Source of the DNA: Conidiobolus incongruus B7586
Lineage: Eukaryota
Assembly: GCA_000697335.1 (NCBI GenBank)
Contig: JNEM01013468.1
Span: 1-39,573 of the forward strand
Reading direction: 5' to 3'
DNA: 39,573 bases
In this document: positions 1-13,406 of the stretch, piece after piece
Numbering within the stretch: the stretch's first letter is position 1
Layout: the number at the start of each line of letters is the position of its first letter
Program-made: the position numbers and the translations under genes
Notes under the pieces: model-generated
Told to the model about the DNA's origin: nothing
What the model saw: only the letters and a program-made list of their open reading frames with translations
Database searches by the model: none

Positions 1-1
1 C

Positions 2-1714
2 AATACTACTTCACTTCCCAATACTGTTCAATCTGACAACAACTTTTCTTCAATCCAAAAATTGGATCTAAATTCAATCATCATATCACATCAATCCCTT
101 TCAAACTCCTTGAGAAAAAATCAAATTCAATCCTGTTGTCTTGTTTTTATTTCTCCCTCCTTAAATAACATCCAAGCTCACTCCTTGGATGTTACAACCT
201 TACCACTTGACCACCCAATGTCTTCTTTAGTCAATTCCTATCAAGATATATTCAAACCAAGAGATTCTTTACCCCCTGAAAGAGAAGTCAAACACAAGAT
301 CAAACTACTCCCTGGATCTCAACCTTATCACTGTCCCATTTATCACATGTCCACAGAAGAAAATAAAACTCTGAAAGAAACCTTATCTCAACTCATTGAT
401 AAGAGTTTCATCTGTCCCTCAACCTCACCCTGGGGTTCTCCCATCCTCTTTGTCAAGAAGAAAGATGGTGGACTACGTTTTTGTGTAGACTTCCAAGCTT
501 TGAACAAAATGACCATCAAAGACAGAACGCCGTTACCAAATCTTTCTGAATTACGTGACCGAATTTTAGGATCTAAATTCTTTACAAAACTTGACAGGCG
601 CGATGGTTATTATAACATTGCCATGGACTCCAACTCAATTCCATTAACCACTTTTAATACTCGTTTCGGCCATTACGAATTCACTGTCCTACCTTTTGGG
701 TTATGCAACACACCCGCTACATTCACAAGACTCATGAATTCTCTTTTCTTTGAATCACAAGACGTTTTCGTCATATCATACCTTGATGATATCTTGATAT
801 TTTCTAAAACATTTGAAGACCATCTCAAACATGTCCAACACGTCTTTGACATTTTTAGTAAACACAATCTCTCCACCACACAACATCAAAGTTCAGATGG
901 ACAATCAGAAAGAACAATTCGTGTATTGAAAGAAGCCCTCAGATCATACCTTGATTATAACATGACAAATTGGATTGATAACTTACCTTTATTAGAATTT
1001 ACCATCAATGATTCAGTCAACTCTTCCACAGGAATGACACCATTCTATCTAAACTATGGTCAACACCCTAACTCCATCAATATTATACCACCTCCTACAA
1101 ATACTTCTGCTAGTGTTGATGACTTCACCACTCACATTAATTCTTTATTATCTATTGCCAAAGAAAAGATCCTTAAAGCCCAAGACAAGCAAGCTTACTA
1201 TCATGACAAGAAATCCTTACCTTTCCCAAACCTTCCACCTGGCTCACTAGTCCTATTAAGTTCCAAAGACATCAATCTACCCTAACATTCAGGCCATCCA
1301 ACTGAAAAATTACTACCTAAATGGTTAGGTCCTTATTTTATCAAGAACAAAGGTCCCAATCCTGATACATATGAACTTTATCTACCACCTGACTTGAAAA
1401 TACATCTAGTCTTCCATGTAGATGTCCTTAAACCATACAAAGATCCCACTAAGGACTTCCCGTCAAGAGAAACTTATTCTAGACCCCCACCTATTAACTC
1501 TGATGACTCAGGTAATTATTATATAGTAGATAAAATTCTTAACCACAGAAAACACCATAACAAAGACCAATACCTTGTCTAATGGCTTGGATACCCATTA
1601 AGTAAAGCCACTTGGGAAGATGAAGCTAATATCTCTCATACACTTGCCTACTCTAACTTTAAATCCAAAAGATCCTCTCGAAAAGAGACTTTGCCACGTT
1701 ATAGCAAAGTCTGA
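2..1714 (+). pseudogene. pol: Defective pol polyprotein (RT / truncated integrase / chromodomain)
   Basis: Frame open from position 2; ORFs 62..1285 and 1394..1582 share one frame, interrupted by TAA at 1283 and 1580 (YLV*WLGYPLSKATWE chromodomain); ends at TGA 1712-1714; RNase H and integrase N-terminus missing at ~870. Confidence 0.9.
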
Positions 1715-1720
1715 GGGGAG

Positions 1721-2046
1721 TGTCACATATCTACCCAATTAGTCCATATATATTTACCTTTAATATCAGTTTACCCATAATTTATCTCTTATTCTACTTT
1801 CCCTTAAATTGATCCATTCTTATCCCAATATCAAAAAGGGGGAAATACAACAGGGATCTATCTATCTATTCATTCATCCATTTATCCAACTATCTATCTA
1901 TCTATCTATCTAAAGGAAACTAACTCCAAGTTTTTGTCAAGAACTTCCAATAAAACTCTATATAACTACATCCTAATCCTATAACTTATCCACACTCCAA
2001 CTTAATTCAATACAATTATCCTAGTTTCCAGCACTAGGATAATACA
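1721..2046 (+). repeat. 3' LTR of the Gypsy element (~326 bp)
   Basis: Starts TGTCAC right after the PPT; AATAAA 1949-1954; (TATC)n tracts; ends most likely at TAATACA 2046, the same terminus as the solo LTR ending at 19721; right end inferred. Confidence 0.7.
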
Positions 2047-2199
2047 ATTAACCTATATTAGATATATTCTTTAATAATCTTCATTTTCACACTGTATTAT
2101 AATGAAAATTATTTACAAAAAGTGTTTATGCTTTGATAAAATAGTATTCCTAACATCATGAGGTTATTCAGTATAAAAATAATTTTCAACTACATCAAT

Positions 2200-2226
2200 T
2201 ATATATATATATATATATATATATAT
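2200..2226. repeat. (TA)n microsatellite
   Basis: Perfect dinucleotide run. Confidence 0.9.
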
Positions 2227-3282
2227 CATTTTATATTAAATTAAAAATGATTTGCCAAACGGTTTTTATTTTTTGAAATTAAATTTGAGAAGTTTATGTT
2301 ATATAAGATAATATTGTAATATATAATTATATTAATCACTGAATCTATCTTTCGAGTCCAATACTCTTATATCCTATATTTATCATTGAATTGGAAGTTT
2401 GATAGATAGCATTGACCTGTAAGAATAAATAAATAATAAAAGCCTTTATAGGATAATAATATATTGTATTTATTAAAGATAAGGTAATTAATATAATATT
2501 ATTCTTTGACATAAATTCATATTGGGATATACATATACAGGAACCAAATATAGATGATGTAATAGTAGTCGATATTAGCTCAAATCAAGAGATAGGAAGT
2601 TTGAGTGAGTTAAAGTGATGATGAACAAAAATTTTATCACAATGGGAGGAATATAGAAGTATTGTAAGAAAGTAAGTAAAGGAAACTACAAAAATCTAAT
2701 AAATGCTTTAAATATTATGTTTAGCATGTATAACTGTATATTTAGACTACCCGATTGTTGCATAAATTCTTAATATGTTTTTTATAACCAATTGACTAAA
2801 ACTAATAATTTTGCTAATATATAAATTTGAAAGAGTAAAAATTACTTACAGTATAGAAGGAATGCTTTAAATTTAACCTTAGTTTGTATCGATACTGTTT
2901 AATTGATTTATTTTATTAGTATATAAATATCAATTATTTTAGTCAGGATTTAATATAGTTTTTTATATTCTACCTATAATATCAATCAGAAAACTCAAAA
3001 ATATTTTTCTCTATATATATATTCGAAATTATTCCAATGTAAATCATATAATCAAAACATAAAATATATTTGAAAAGTTTATTTCATCACTGATCTTTGT
3101 CATTAATATTTTTATTATTGGTATATAATAATAAGAATTATAAACTTTATGTTCGTTCATATAAAAGCTTAGTAAATATCTTGACAGCTATTATATAGAA
3201 AATTATTCCTAAGAAAATATTTATTATATAATTAAATATACATCATAATTATTAATTTGAAAATGGATTTTAAATTATTCCA

Positions 3283-4722
3283 TTATTTTGTTGTGGCGAA
3301 TGGTAAAGATAAATGGTATTCAGGAATATAAGGAACTAATTTATGGTCTAGAAGATGTTCAAACATAAATCCGTCCTTGCCAGCTTCCGTTTGATTATTT
3401 TCAAATGTTAAATTAATAGGATTTGTAAGTTGTAATTTATAAAATTCGCCAAGGTCTTCCTGATTTTGAGAAAAACATTGCTTTAAGAAATTTGACATTC
3501 TTGCAAATACATATTGCGATTGAGGTCTGAAGACTGTAAGTAAGATATGAGGCATACACTCATAAACATGGAGTGTTACGTTTGGTAATCGGGATAATAC
3601 CTTATCATTTTTAGAATGGGAATTAATTTTTTGTGCGTAGAGAACGGAATCATCTCTAATTCTTTCCCCACCACCAACTATGAGTAAATGAGGAGATAAG
3701 CCATCAAAACTTGTATTATATAATGGGCTTATTATTGGATGATTTAAAAATTCAGCACGAGTTAAGGCGTGACCCTGTTCCAAGATTCTCTTTTTGAGAT
3801 TTGAGCTACAAACCCTAAAAGCATAATTTGTCGCAAAGTCACTAGTTGGACCTGTACACTTTTCTCCAGGGCGGACAATAGGTAAATTGCCCATTGTGTC
3901 TTGATTAGCATTCGAAATATGACTTGGCAAACTATTGGTTAAATCGAGATATGGTGATATTAAAATAGTTCCAGCTAATTTAGGCATCCCAAGATCGCGC
4001 AAGATATGATTAATACCAGCAGTGAAGTTTGCACCAGCACTATCACCTGCGATTGCAATTTGGTTGAAATTAAAACCCATTCCACACATCTTTGAATCTT
4101 CGTTATTTTCACTTGTTAAATATAATATAGTTGCCAAAATATCTTCTAATTGGCATGGAGGAGAATACTCAGGAGAAAGGCGATAGTTGACACCAAGACA
4201 TAGGCAATCAGATTCGAGTACAACTTGGCTCATATCACCTCGATAAAGGCCGAATTTACCCACACAAAAGCCTCCTCCGTGAATATATATCAGTACATTC
4301 GAGCTGCTATTTAATTCCTTCCCTTTTGGAACTAGCCATTCGACTTCCAAAGGCGCAGCAAGATCCCAACTCATATCGGGAGTTACCCAAAGATCATAGT
4401 CCGACGATTTTCCCAAGTATTGTTTCATCAGCTGCTGACTCTTCAGTCTAAACATATAGGGAATTTGATACTTTAGCAATTGAACATCATCTGGAATTGG
4501 TTGAGCTCTCCTTTCGCACATCATCCTCTTCTCTTCCAAACTCACATAATAAGGCAAACTCAAAATACTTCGAAGTCCATAAATTAATAAATTTTGATAA
4601 AAATCTAACTTTGGTATTAGTTTAGCATCCATCAGTATCATGGAAGCTGCATAATTTAAAATCTGGATAGAAAGCTTTATAACGCAATAAATATTAATGA
4701 TAACTTTGACAAAAGTATTCAT
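3283..4722 (-). CDS. Alpha/beta-hydrolase, GDXG/hormone-sensitive-lipase family esterase (paralog 1), N-terminal hydrophobic segment
   Basis: 479 aa intronless ORF; YIHGGGF, NYRLSPE, GDSAGAN nucleophile motif, GERIRDDS, YECMPH. Confidence 0.93.
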   Translation of the reverse strand: MNTFVKVIINIYCVIKLSIQILNYAASMILMDAKLIPKLDFYQNLLIYGLRSILSLPYYVSLEEKRMMCERRAQPIPDDVQLLKYQIPYMFRLKSQQLMKQYLGKSSDYDLWVTPDMSWDLAAPLEVEWLVPKGKELNSSSNVLIYIHGGGFCVGKFGLYRGDMSQVVLESDCLCLGVNYRLSPEYSPPCQLEDILATILYLTSENNEDSKMCGMGFNFNQIAIAGDSAGANFTAGINHILRDLGMPKLAGTILISPYLDLTNSLPSHISNANQDTMGNLPIVRPGEKCTGPTSDFATNYAFRVCSSNLKKRILEQGHALTRAEFLNHPIISPLYNTSFDGLSPHLLIVGGGERIRDDSVLYAQKINSHSKNDKVLSRLPNVTLHVYECMPHILLTVFRPQSQYVFARMSNFLKQCFSQNQEDLGEFYKLQLTNPINLTFENNQTEAGKDGFMFEHLLDHKLVPYIPEYHLSLPFATTK

Positions 4723-7700
4723 TTTGGAAAAATATTTTTTATAAATTTTAAAAATCTTTTTGTCTTTTTATATCTGAATTAATATAAAAAAATTTTTTTC
4801 TCATAGATATTATTAAAGATAAATGCATCATATTTTACTCCAATATATGCTATTTTCAACAAGATTTTTTATGATTAAAAAATTGATCAGATTGCAAAAT
4901 GAAAACATCAAACTTTGATAAAACTATGATATATTCTTTGATTAAAAAAACGCATATAAATATTTACTAAATATTCTATTATTTATCAATTATATTTAAT
5001 AAATGATATTGATATTAATTATAATATTTCTGACGAATAAATATTAATAATAATGTAACATATTATTCATTATTTGATATAGTATATTGATAACTGAGAG
5101 ATCGATAAATTTTTTCAATATATTTATCAAAATCCACAATTTAAAACAGTATGTTAAATGAAGTTCTCAAATCAAGTCTTAAGCAATTAAAATTTTGTTT
5201 AATGTTGAATTATAAAGACTATTTGGGTCGAATGCGAACCAATTGTCACATTTTTGGATCAATTTGACTCATTACAATTTGTCCAATTGTTAGATGTTAG
5301 AGCTGGTACAAATTAATCTCTTGGAATTAACAGTTAAATAGTTATAACAACCGATTGATATGTAGTTATTGAAATTAGGACTGAAAGATTATAAAATTTA
5401 TTTTTATATATAATATTATATAATAAATTATAGATTTTTATAAATTTATTTTTCTGATGGAAATAATTATCAATTAATTAATCAAAGCTGGTTATTTAAA
5501 TCATAGAAAATTTTGAATGAAATTATCGCAGTCAATTCAAATAATGTTAAATCAATAGTTAATGAGAATGGATAATAAATTATTGATTGATTTTGGTAAT
5601 TTATGCTAAATATAATATTGTGTTATAATAATAACTTTAATGTTTTATTTTTTATATGGTATATAATATATAAATTGATAGTTATATTGAAAATATAATA
5701 TGATAGTAATTTTTCACTTTTCAATGATATATCCTGAAGCGAAATCTAACATATTTGCAATAATTATATTTTGATTTGGTATTTGGTGAAAAATGATATT
5801 TTTTCAATTAAATATATAATATTCGTATTATTAAATATTTCCAACCAAACCGCTTACAAATTTATCCTTTAGGATAATATGTTATACCAAAACCTTCAGT
5901 TGGAAGTTATTGGTTTAGAACTTTGGAGTATTTGGGATGTATTCCATTATTAACTATTGGCCAAGACCGTAAATAAACAAATATTTTTTCCTTGAAATCT
6001 GACTAATCAGGTAATTTTGGTCCACATCTGTGGATTTAAATATATCTTAATTCCGTTTTCAGGAACATTTTATATTAATTTATATCCTTTTAAATTATGG
6101 TGATATTGGTTTAAAATCAATATAGCATTACAGTATGTATTGTTTCATTATGTCAAATATTCAAGGTTGTTACTAATAGAAAAAATCAAACTAAAAAATT
6201 TTGATATACAACCAAATTTTAAAAGTTATTGTGAATTTTATTATTAAGATTAATAGGGAAAATTTAAATTTGTGATATTATATTACCCGTATATTAATAA
6301 AAATTTTAAGTGGGTAAATAGCTGAATTAAAATGAACAATTTCCACTCATTTTGGTTAGATCATATTTTTTAATTAAATAATTCAGACTATTAAATTTAA
6401 CTAATATAGATATCAGGTTAATATCAGAATCGCTACCTGTTTTAATAAATTAAGCCTAATACAATTTTCTCAATATAATATTCTAATATATTTTTATATT
6501 TATACCTAAAAAATTTTGATCTTGCTAATAATCAGTTTATGGATGTAGGAGCGTTAATCAATTACTATAATTAAAGATCTCAATAACCAAAGAGTTAAGT
6601 GGTGATACAATTTGGTTGAACATTTGAATCATTTTGGCTATAATATAGTAATAAATTCACCAAGTCTAAGGTGATAATCTGTAAGCATAATATAATTAGC
6701 TTTAGTTGGGCAATGTTTATTAAGCGAAAGATAAGCTATTGTAGAATTACATGATGGTGAGCTCATTTTAGTCAATATCAATGTTAAAATATCAGCATTA
6801 ATTGAAAGCCATATTGAGATCTGATATTAAACTTGTGAACATATTTTAACATTATAAATTGAGTTGAAATACCTGAAATTAAGTATTATTCTCTCTATTT
6901 AGAAAATTATTTATAAATATATAATGGAATATTCACTTAAATTGATAAATTTGATATCAAATGATGTTAAGATTATTGAAATTGGTTCATTTAATAATTG
7001 TAATCCTACACTGTTGAGAGCATTCAATTGGTAGATGTTTGTATGCTCAAGGATCTAATTTTATCATGATAAATTATATTATGAGAAAGTATTTTATAAT
7101 GATGCACTGAAATTGTAAAATAAATGGATTTTATATCAATGTTAGATACTTGAATATATAAATACAGAGTTGATAGTAACTTAAGTAGATTAATGTTATA
7201 TATAATATAAAATTGATCTAATACATTGGTCATTAAATATATAAACAATATAATCAAGGAATATTTATCTTTAATCATAACCAAAATGATAAACTTGTTC
7301 CTAATCTGGATTGACTAAAAAGAAAATATTTTATCAATTGTAAAAAGTGCATTTTTTGGTAATAAATTCATATTATAGCTGAATAAAGTGCAATTATTTT
7401 GATGTTATTAATATTTTAGAAATTTCCAACAATGATAAACAAAGTATTATAAATATGCAATGAATTCTATTTAAATTTAACCAGTTTATTCAGATTTTAA
7501 CTTGGATTAAATAAATCAATAGTTTAACAAAATTTAAATTTATAAGTTTCTCAAAATCCAAACATATGATATTTTACTTTGATAAATGAAGTAATCTAAG
7601 TTGATAATATCATTTCAGATTTTTTATAGTCTATTTAACATTTTTATTCTGTCCATATTCAATATAAAAAAATTTAAAAGTTATATTATATAAACAATTA

Positions 7701-8380
7701 CCATTGACATATGACTAATAAACAATACACCATTTGAACTAAAAAAATTGCAAATTAGAATTGTTTATTTATACATATTCCATTGATTTTATATAATCGA
7801 AATAAATCTTCATTGATAAAAAATTTTAAGCTACTATATAATGTAAATTTTTTCATTACCTTATTTAATATATTAATTATATTCTCATCTTTACATTATT
7901 ATATGAATAATCAAAATAAAAATATAAATTAAATATCTTGGAAAATGTTTTATCACTACTAAAATTGTCATATAAAATACTAATTATTTGTGAAATAAGA
8001 TCAATTACAATACAATTTAAAGATTCTTAATATATATTATGATATATTCGATATTTTTTATATGCGAAAATTTTAAAATTATTAGTTAATTATTATTACT
8101 ATATCATCTATAATTTGTATCTATCATATTTTTTTATCAGATCTAAATTTTGAATTTGATAATTTATCTATAGATATTCAATATAGCGTATATATTTTGT
8201 TTTTATATCACAAATAACTGGATTTATAAGGATTATATAAATTATTTAGTATATATGAATCAAACTAATAATATAAAAGATTAAATAAAGTGGTAATGTA
8301 AATTAATAACATATTTATATTCATGAGAATATTATTATGATATTCATATAATTACTTAATATTCCCATACAATCAAAGAA

Positions 8381-9635
8381 TTGGGAAATTTTTTAATTTC
8401 TGATTTTTCAAACAGATTATTAGTTTCTAATAATAAAATATATACAAAACAAATAAAAAATAAATAGTTTTAAACTATATATATATATATATAATTTTTT
8501 GATTAAAAAATTAAATTTTTAAAATTTATTATTTAATTTAATTATATTTAAATAATGATCATTAAAAGTATTTTTAATATAAATAAAACTTAACCATAAA
8601 CCTTTTAAAATTATTTAAAATTTATCAATAGTTTTTAGTAATATGGTATTATTAAATTTAATTATTTATTATTTGGTAAATCATTTTGATATTAAAAGAG
8701 AAATTATATAAAAACTACCAAGATTTAAAAAACTAATTTTAACTATTAGTTTTTAATTATTAATAGAGATAAAAATATTTTAAAAGATATTTTTTTATTT
8801 TAGTTAAAAAATTATTAAAATATTTTAATATTAGTTATATAAGTATTTTATATATATTATAGTTTAAATTAATATCAATATATAAAAATTTAAATTAAAT
8901 ATCTTATAAATTAACTAAAGCTCAAAAAAATTAAAATAGCTATTATTAAACAAAACTTATTAAGATATATTTAAAAACCAAAGCTTTTATAATAAAATAT
9001 TATATGTGATTAATTTTAAATCTTTTAATATATTATTTTACTAAAATATTATTCAAATTATTAGATTAAGTTAAAATAATCTTTTTTATAAATTTTTTTA
9101 AATAAATAATTTATTAATAAATAAATATTAATTATTATAATAAATAATAATAGAATATGCTATTCTTATTTAATTTTAGAAAAAATATCAATTAATAATT
9201 AACTTGATATTATTTTTTAAATAGAATTATCTTTAATTAATATTTTTAATATAATATAAGAAAGCCTATTGTTTTCTATAATATTGTTAAAATATAAAAA
9301 ATTTTTAATTAAAAATAACTGGAAAAAACTATTATATCTAATATATTCTTTAGACTATAACCCATATAATTATAATTATTTTAAATAATTAAAAAATTAG
9401 CTGATAAGAAAGAAAATTTCTATAGAAAAATTTAATTAATTTATAAAACATTAAGTTTTAATTATTAGTAAAAAAATTATTTTTCAAGTATTAAAACTTT
9501 ATTAAAAATATAACAAAAAGTTATTAAAAATATAAGAAATTATTAAATTAAAATTATATATTTATTATTATATTATATATATTAAAATATTTATTTTTTC
9601 AATTATAAAAAATTCCTATTATTTAAATTACAAAG
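8381..9635 (+). mobile_element. Mariner (DD34D) DNA transposon relic, copy A, hypermutated
   Basis: Colinear with 38235-39573 and with the reverse complement of 13407-14695; ends TGGGAAATTTTTT ... AAAAAATTCCTA; residual translation NNWKKLLYLIYSLDYNPYNY matches the YSPDxxPxD region; small internal deletions; boundaries approximate. Confidence 0.88.
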
Positions 9636-10327
9636 TAATACTTTCCATATTATTATTTTAATAATATAATTATAATATTATTTGGGAATTAATATATATT
9701 ATCAATCTATTTTTATATTTTATTATTTTGAAATTATAATTAATATATTAAAATTATTACTTTATCAATTAAGGTGAATGAATATAGCTATAATATAAGA
9801 TATCATAAATTATTTTTAATATAATTTTGATTTTTGGTAATGATTCAAATAAGTTTTTATTGATTTAAAATTTAATTAATTCTAGCAATCCAAAAATGGA
9901 AAACGCCATACCTACCTTTAATTATTGCCTTGACCTTTGAAAATTAATAATAATCATTTAAATAATTCAGTATCAAATATAACGTATATTAATTTATTAT
10001 TCATATAAAGACTTAGTATTGATATTAAATATTTGGCTAATTTCTGTTATTGAAATATAATATTTCTCATTATAGGAAATTGGAATATTACAAAATCTCA
10101 GTATTTGATGACATATAAGTAAAATCTTTGATTACAATTCAATAGAAATGATTTATAAAAAATTTTACAAATACAAATATATATTCATCAAGTCAAAATA
10201 AAATCATGAACAAAATTGAGTATATCATTACCGCTTTTGGTTATTAAAAGAGTGTTTTAACAATTGTAATTAATACTTATTTATATTGATGAAATTTATA
10301 CACACAATAATTCAACAAAAATTACAA

Positions 10328-10342
10328 GATTGTGGGGGAAAT
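10328..10342 (+). promoter_or_regulatory. Conserved upstream motif GATTGTGGGG(G)AAAT, CreA/Mig1-like SYGGRG core
   Basis: Near-identical motif at 15634-15647, at a similar distance upstream of the paralogous hydrolase. Confidence 0.4.
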
Positions 10343-11111
10343 ATTACATATAAATTAAGTTTTGTTTTGATTTTAAATTTTAATAACAATAATTATTAGA
10401 GAAATCTGAATTTTATACAAATAATAAAAAAATATTTTTGAAAAAAATGATGATATTATAGAGTGATCCTTATTCTATAATGAATATTCAAAATAATAAA
10501 AAATTTTTAATTTCAAAATTATTATATTTATATATTTATACTCTTTAAAAAAGATTATAAATTAATTCTGATTTATTCCAAATTTGGTTTAAATTGATAC
10601 ATCCAATTAATGACAAGTATTTTATTTATAACCAAATGCAGATTAACTATAAACAAGCAATTTGATTATTTAAAGATCAACTTATAGCAGACTAATGAAA
10701 TTAAATCAGTCTTGTGATACCATATTAACGTGAGTACGATCAATAGTAAAGAATTATACAGTACCCATAAAATCGATCGGAATACAAATTTAAGTCACCG
10801 ATCGTTAAATTATTATATTAAATTTAACAACAATCAAGGTTGGATGATTGACCTGATATTTGATTATATCTAATAATATTATTATATTGTTTTTTATTGT
10901 ATAGTGGGGTATATGTATATAATAACATCAGATAACTATACTCTAAACAAATATATAATATTGTTAGGGTTAATAAATTGAAATGTTAATTTTCTTAGAA
11001 TATTTATCATAATTAGTTAATTAGAATATATTACAGGTTATTTGAAATTATAAATAAGTCTAAAATTTTATTTAATATAAACTTAATTCATTACAATATA
11101 TAGCTATTAAA

Positions 11112-12554
11112 ATGAATTTCATTATTTGTACATGCATCAATTTATTATCTTTTATAAACTTATTATGCTTTTGTAGTTTTTATGTTATTTCTATGATCCT
11201 CTTTGAACAATCTAAAGTTATTCAATGTTTAAATTGGATGGATAATTTGATTATTTACTTCCTTCGTAATTGCATGCAGTCTACATTTTATATTAGCTTA
11301 GATAAGTTCAGAATTTTATGTAATATGGTATATCAAAACGTACCTAAAAATGCAGAATTAGTTAATATTCAAATCCCCGATGGATTTAGAATGCGTAGTC
11401 AGGACTTATTAAGAGCACACTTGAGTAACTCCTCTAGATATAGCTCTTGGGTTGACAGCGATATGGATTGGAGACTATCAGATCCTTTGATTGTGGAATG
11501 TATTATTCCCAAGGGTTCTAAATTAAATAGCAATTCGAATGTATTTGTATATGTCCATGGTGGTGGTTTTATCATTGGACAATTCGGCAATTATCGAGGT
11601 GATATGGGACGCGTTGCACTTGACTCTAATTACATATGCCTTGGCATCAACTATCGCCTAGCTCCAGAATATGCTGCACCATGTCAATTGGAAGATATAT
11701 TATCCGTTATATTATACTTAACTAGTGAACCAAGAAGCGACTCAAGCTTAAATGGAATCGGTTTAAATTTTAATCAAATTGTCGTTGGTGGAGATAGCGC
11801 TGGAGGAAATCTAACTGGATCTTTCAATCATCTTTTGCGGGACCTTCAAATGCCTAAATTAGGTGGGGTTATTCTCATTTCACCATCCCTTGATGCTTCT
11901 AACAGTTTGCCAAGTCATTGTTTGAATGCCAGCCATGATATGTTAGGTAATATGCCAATATATCCTCGTGGAACAAAGTGTACAAGGAAATACTGCGATT
12001 TTATGACTATGCACCTATTAAGAAATTGTACATCAAAAATTGTAGAGAAAATATTAGACCGTGGTCATTGGTACGTCAATTGCCAATTTTTACAATATCC
12101 TTTAATAAGCCCTCTATATGATTCAAATTTTGAAGATCTGTCACCTATTTTTATTATAGTTGGTAGTGGTGAAAGGTTGCTTGATGATTCAATTTTATAC
12201 TATCAAAAGGTCAACTCCGCTAATCATAGTAAAGGTCGTGTATTACCACAGATCCCTAGTATTACCTTGCATATTTATGAAGGAATGCCTCATTGTTTTA
12301 GTCAATTAGGTTTCCAACCTCAATCCAAATGGATGTTCACGAGAATGTCAAATTTCTTAATACAGTGCTTTGCCCAAAGAACTAGCGATATTTACAAATC
12401 TTCCATAATAAGTGAAAAATATCCTATTAATATTGGATTGAAACCAGATCAACTCAAAGACAGCAAGGGCAGTAATATCTTCGAACATCGTTTAAATAAT
12501 GAGTTGGTATATTATACTCCTCCTTATCATTTGGAATTGCAATTTTCACAATAA
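11112..12554 (+). CDS. GDXG/HSL-family alpha/beta-hydrolase (paralog 2)
   Basis: 480 aa; YVHGGGF, NYRLAPE, GDSAGGN, GERLLDDS, YEGMPH. Confidence 0.93.
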   Translation: MNFIICTCINLLSFINLLCFCSFYVISMILFEQSKVIQCLNWMDNLIIYFLRNCMQSTFYISLDKFRILCNMVYQNVPKNAELVNIQIPDGFRMRSQDLLRAHLSNSSRYSSWVDSDMDWRLSDPLIVECIIPKGSKLNSNSNVFVYVHGGGFIIGQFGNYRGDMGRVALDSNYICLGINYRLAPEYAAPCQLEDILSVILYLTSEPRSDSSLNGIGLNFNQIVVGGDSAGGNLTGSFNHLLRDLQMPKLGGVILISPSLDASNSLPSHCLNASHDMLGNMPIYPRGTKCTRKYCDFMTMHLLRNCTSKIVEKILDRGHWYVNCQFLQYPLISPLYDSNFEDLSPIFIIVGSGERLLDDSILYYQKVNSANHSKGRVLPQIPSITLHIYEGMPHCFSQLGFQPQSKWMFTRMSNFLIQCFAQRTSDIYKSSIISEKYPINIGLKPDQLKDSKGSNIFEHRLNNELVYYTPPYHLELQFSQ

Positions 12555-13406
12555 ATTCGCAATTATAGTTGATTTTATATTAATAAAATTTAATTATATA
12601 CTTTAAATTTTTCATTTTAAGTAATAAGAATGAAATTTAACTATCATTATCAATTTCAGAACTATTAATTATATATATAGACACAAATAACAATTTAAAA
12701 TCCTCATACTTAATCAGTATTTTTAAATTTATTATTACCTATACAATCTGTTATTATTTACAGGTTTTCACAAAAGTGATTACGAATATAAGAATTTTAT
12801 GCCAAATTTAATATCAATTATAAATATATATATAGTATAATTCTCTATTATTGTCATATAGAAAAAACAATTCAGGGTATATTTTTATAAGATATATAAA
12901 TTTAACATCAAAAAACTTTATAATTTATTTAATAATTGAATCTATTCGATATTGAAATTTTGCTTGAAAATCATTTTTAACAATTAAATGCTTAAATATC
13001 TGACTAAACAAATTCATTTTAACTAGTCTTATATATAAATCAAATATAATGGAAATTTTTTATATATTCCTTTAAATTTTAGATTTAAGAAAATTCTTAT
13101 TGATATTTCTGCTGATATGAATTAGGTAATATAACTTGTATCGATTCAAAATTATCAATTCATGGCAATATGTTCCTTTCTACTGATGAAGCACTCCTTA
13201 CAAACAAATTACATAATTTAATATGAATTACACAGTTAATCAAATTCAGATTCAATTCCAAAATTATTAGATTTAATTGAATGAATGTATGTTTTTCTAT
13301 CAATATTATCAAATATAATACACAGATTAAAATTGCATAGCATTATGTGACATAGATTAAATGTTTTGATATTAAAAATATTATTAAATTTTTAATAATA
13401 TTCCTC

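Larger units (their letters stand above)
1..2046 (+). mobile_element. Ty3/Gypsy (chromovirus-type) LTR retrotransposon remnant: 3' part of pol, PPT and 3' LTR; continues off the left edge
   Basis: RT motifs (SPWGSPILFVKKKDGGLRFCVD, LPFGLCN, YLDDILIFS), integrase C-terminal part (DGQSERTIRVL, TGMTPFYLNYG, LLPKWLGPY, VFHV) and chromodomain in one frame; purine tract GAGGGGAG 1713-1720 directly followed by TGTCAC. Confidence 0.95.

Noticed and set aside
7024..7284. 86-aa minus-strand ORF
   Set aside because: Non-ATG start, I/Y/N/K-rich composition expected from AT-rich DNA, no motif.
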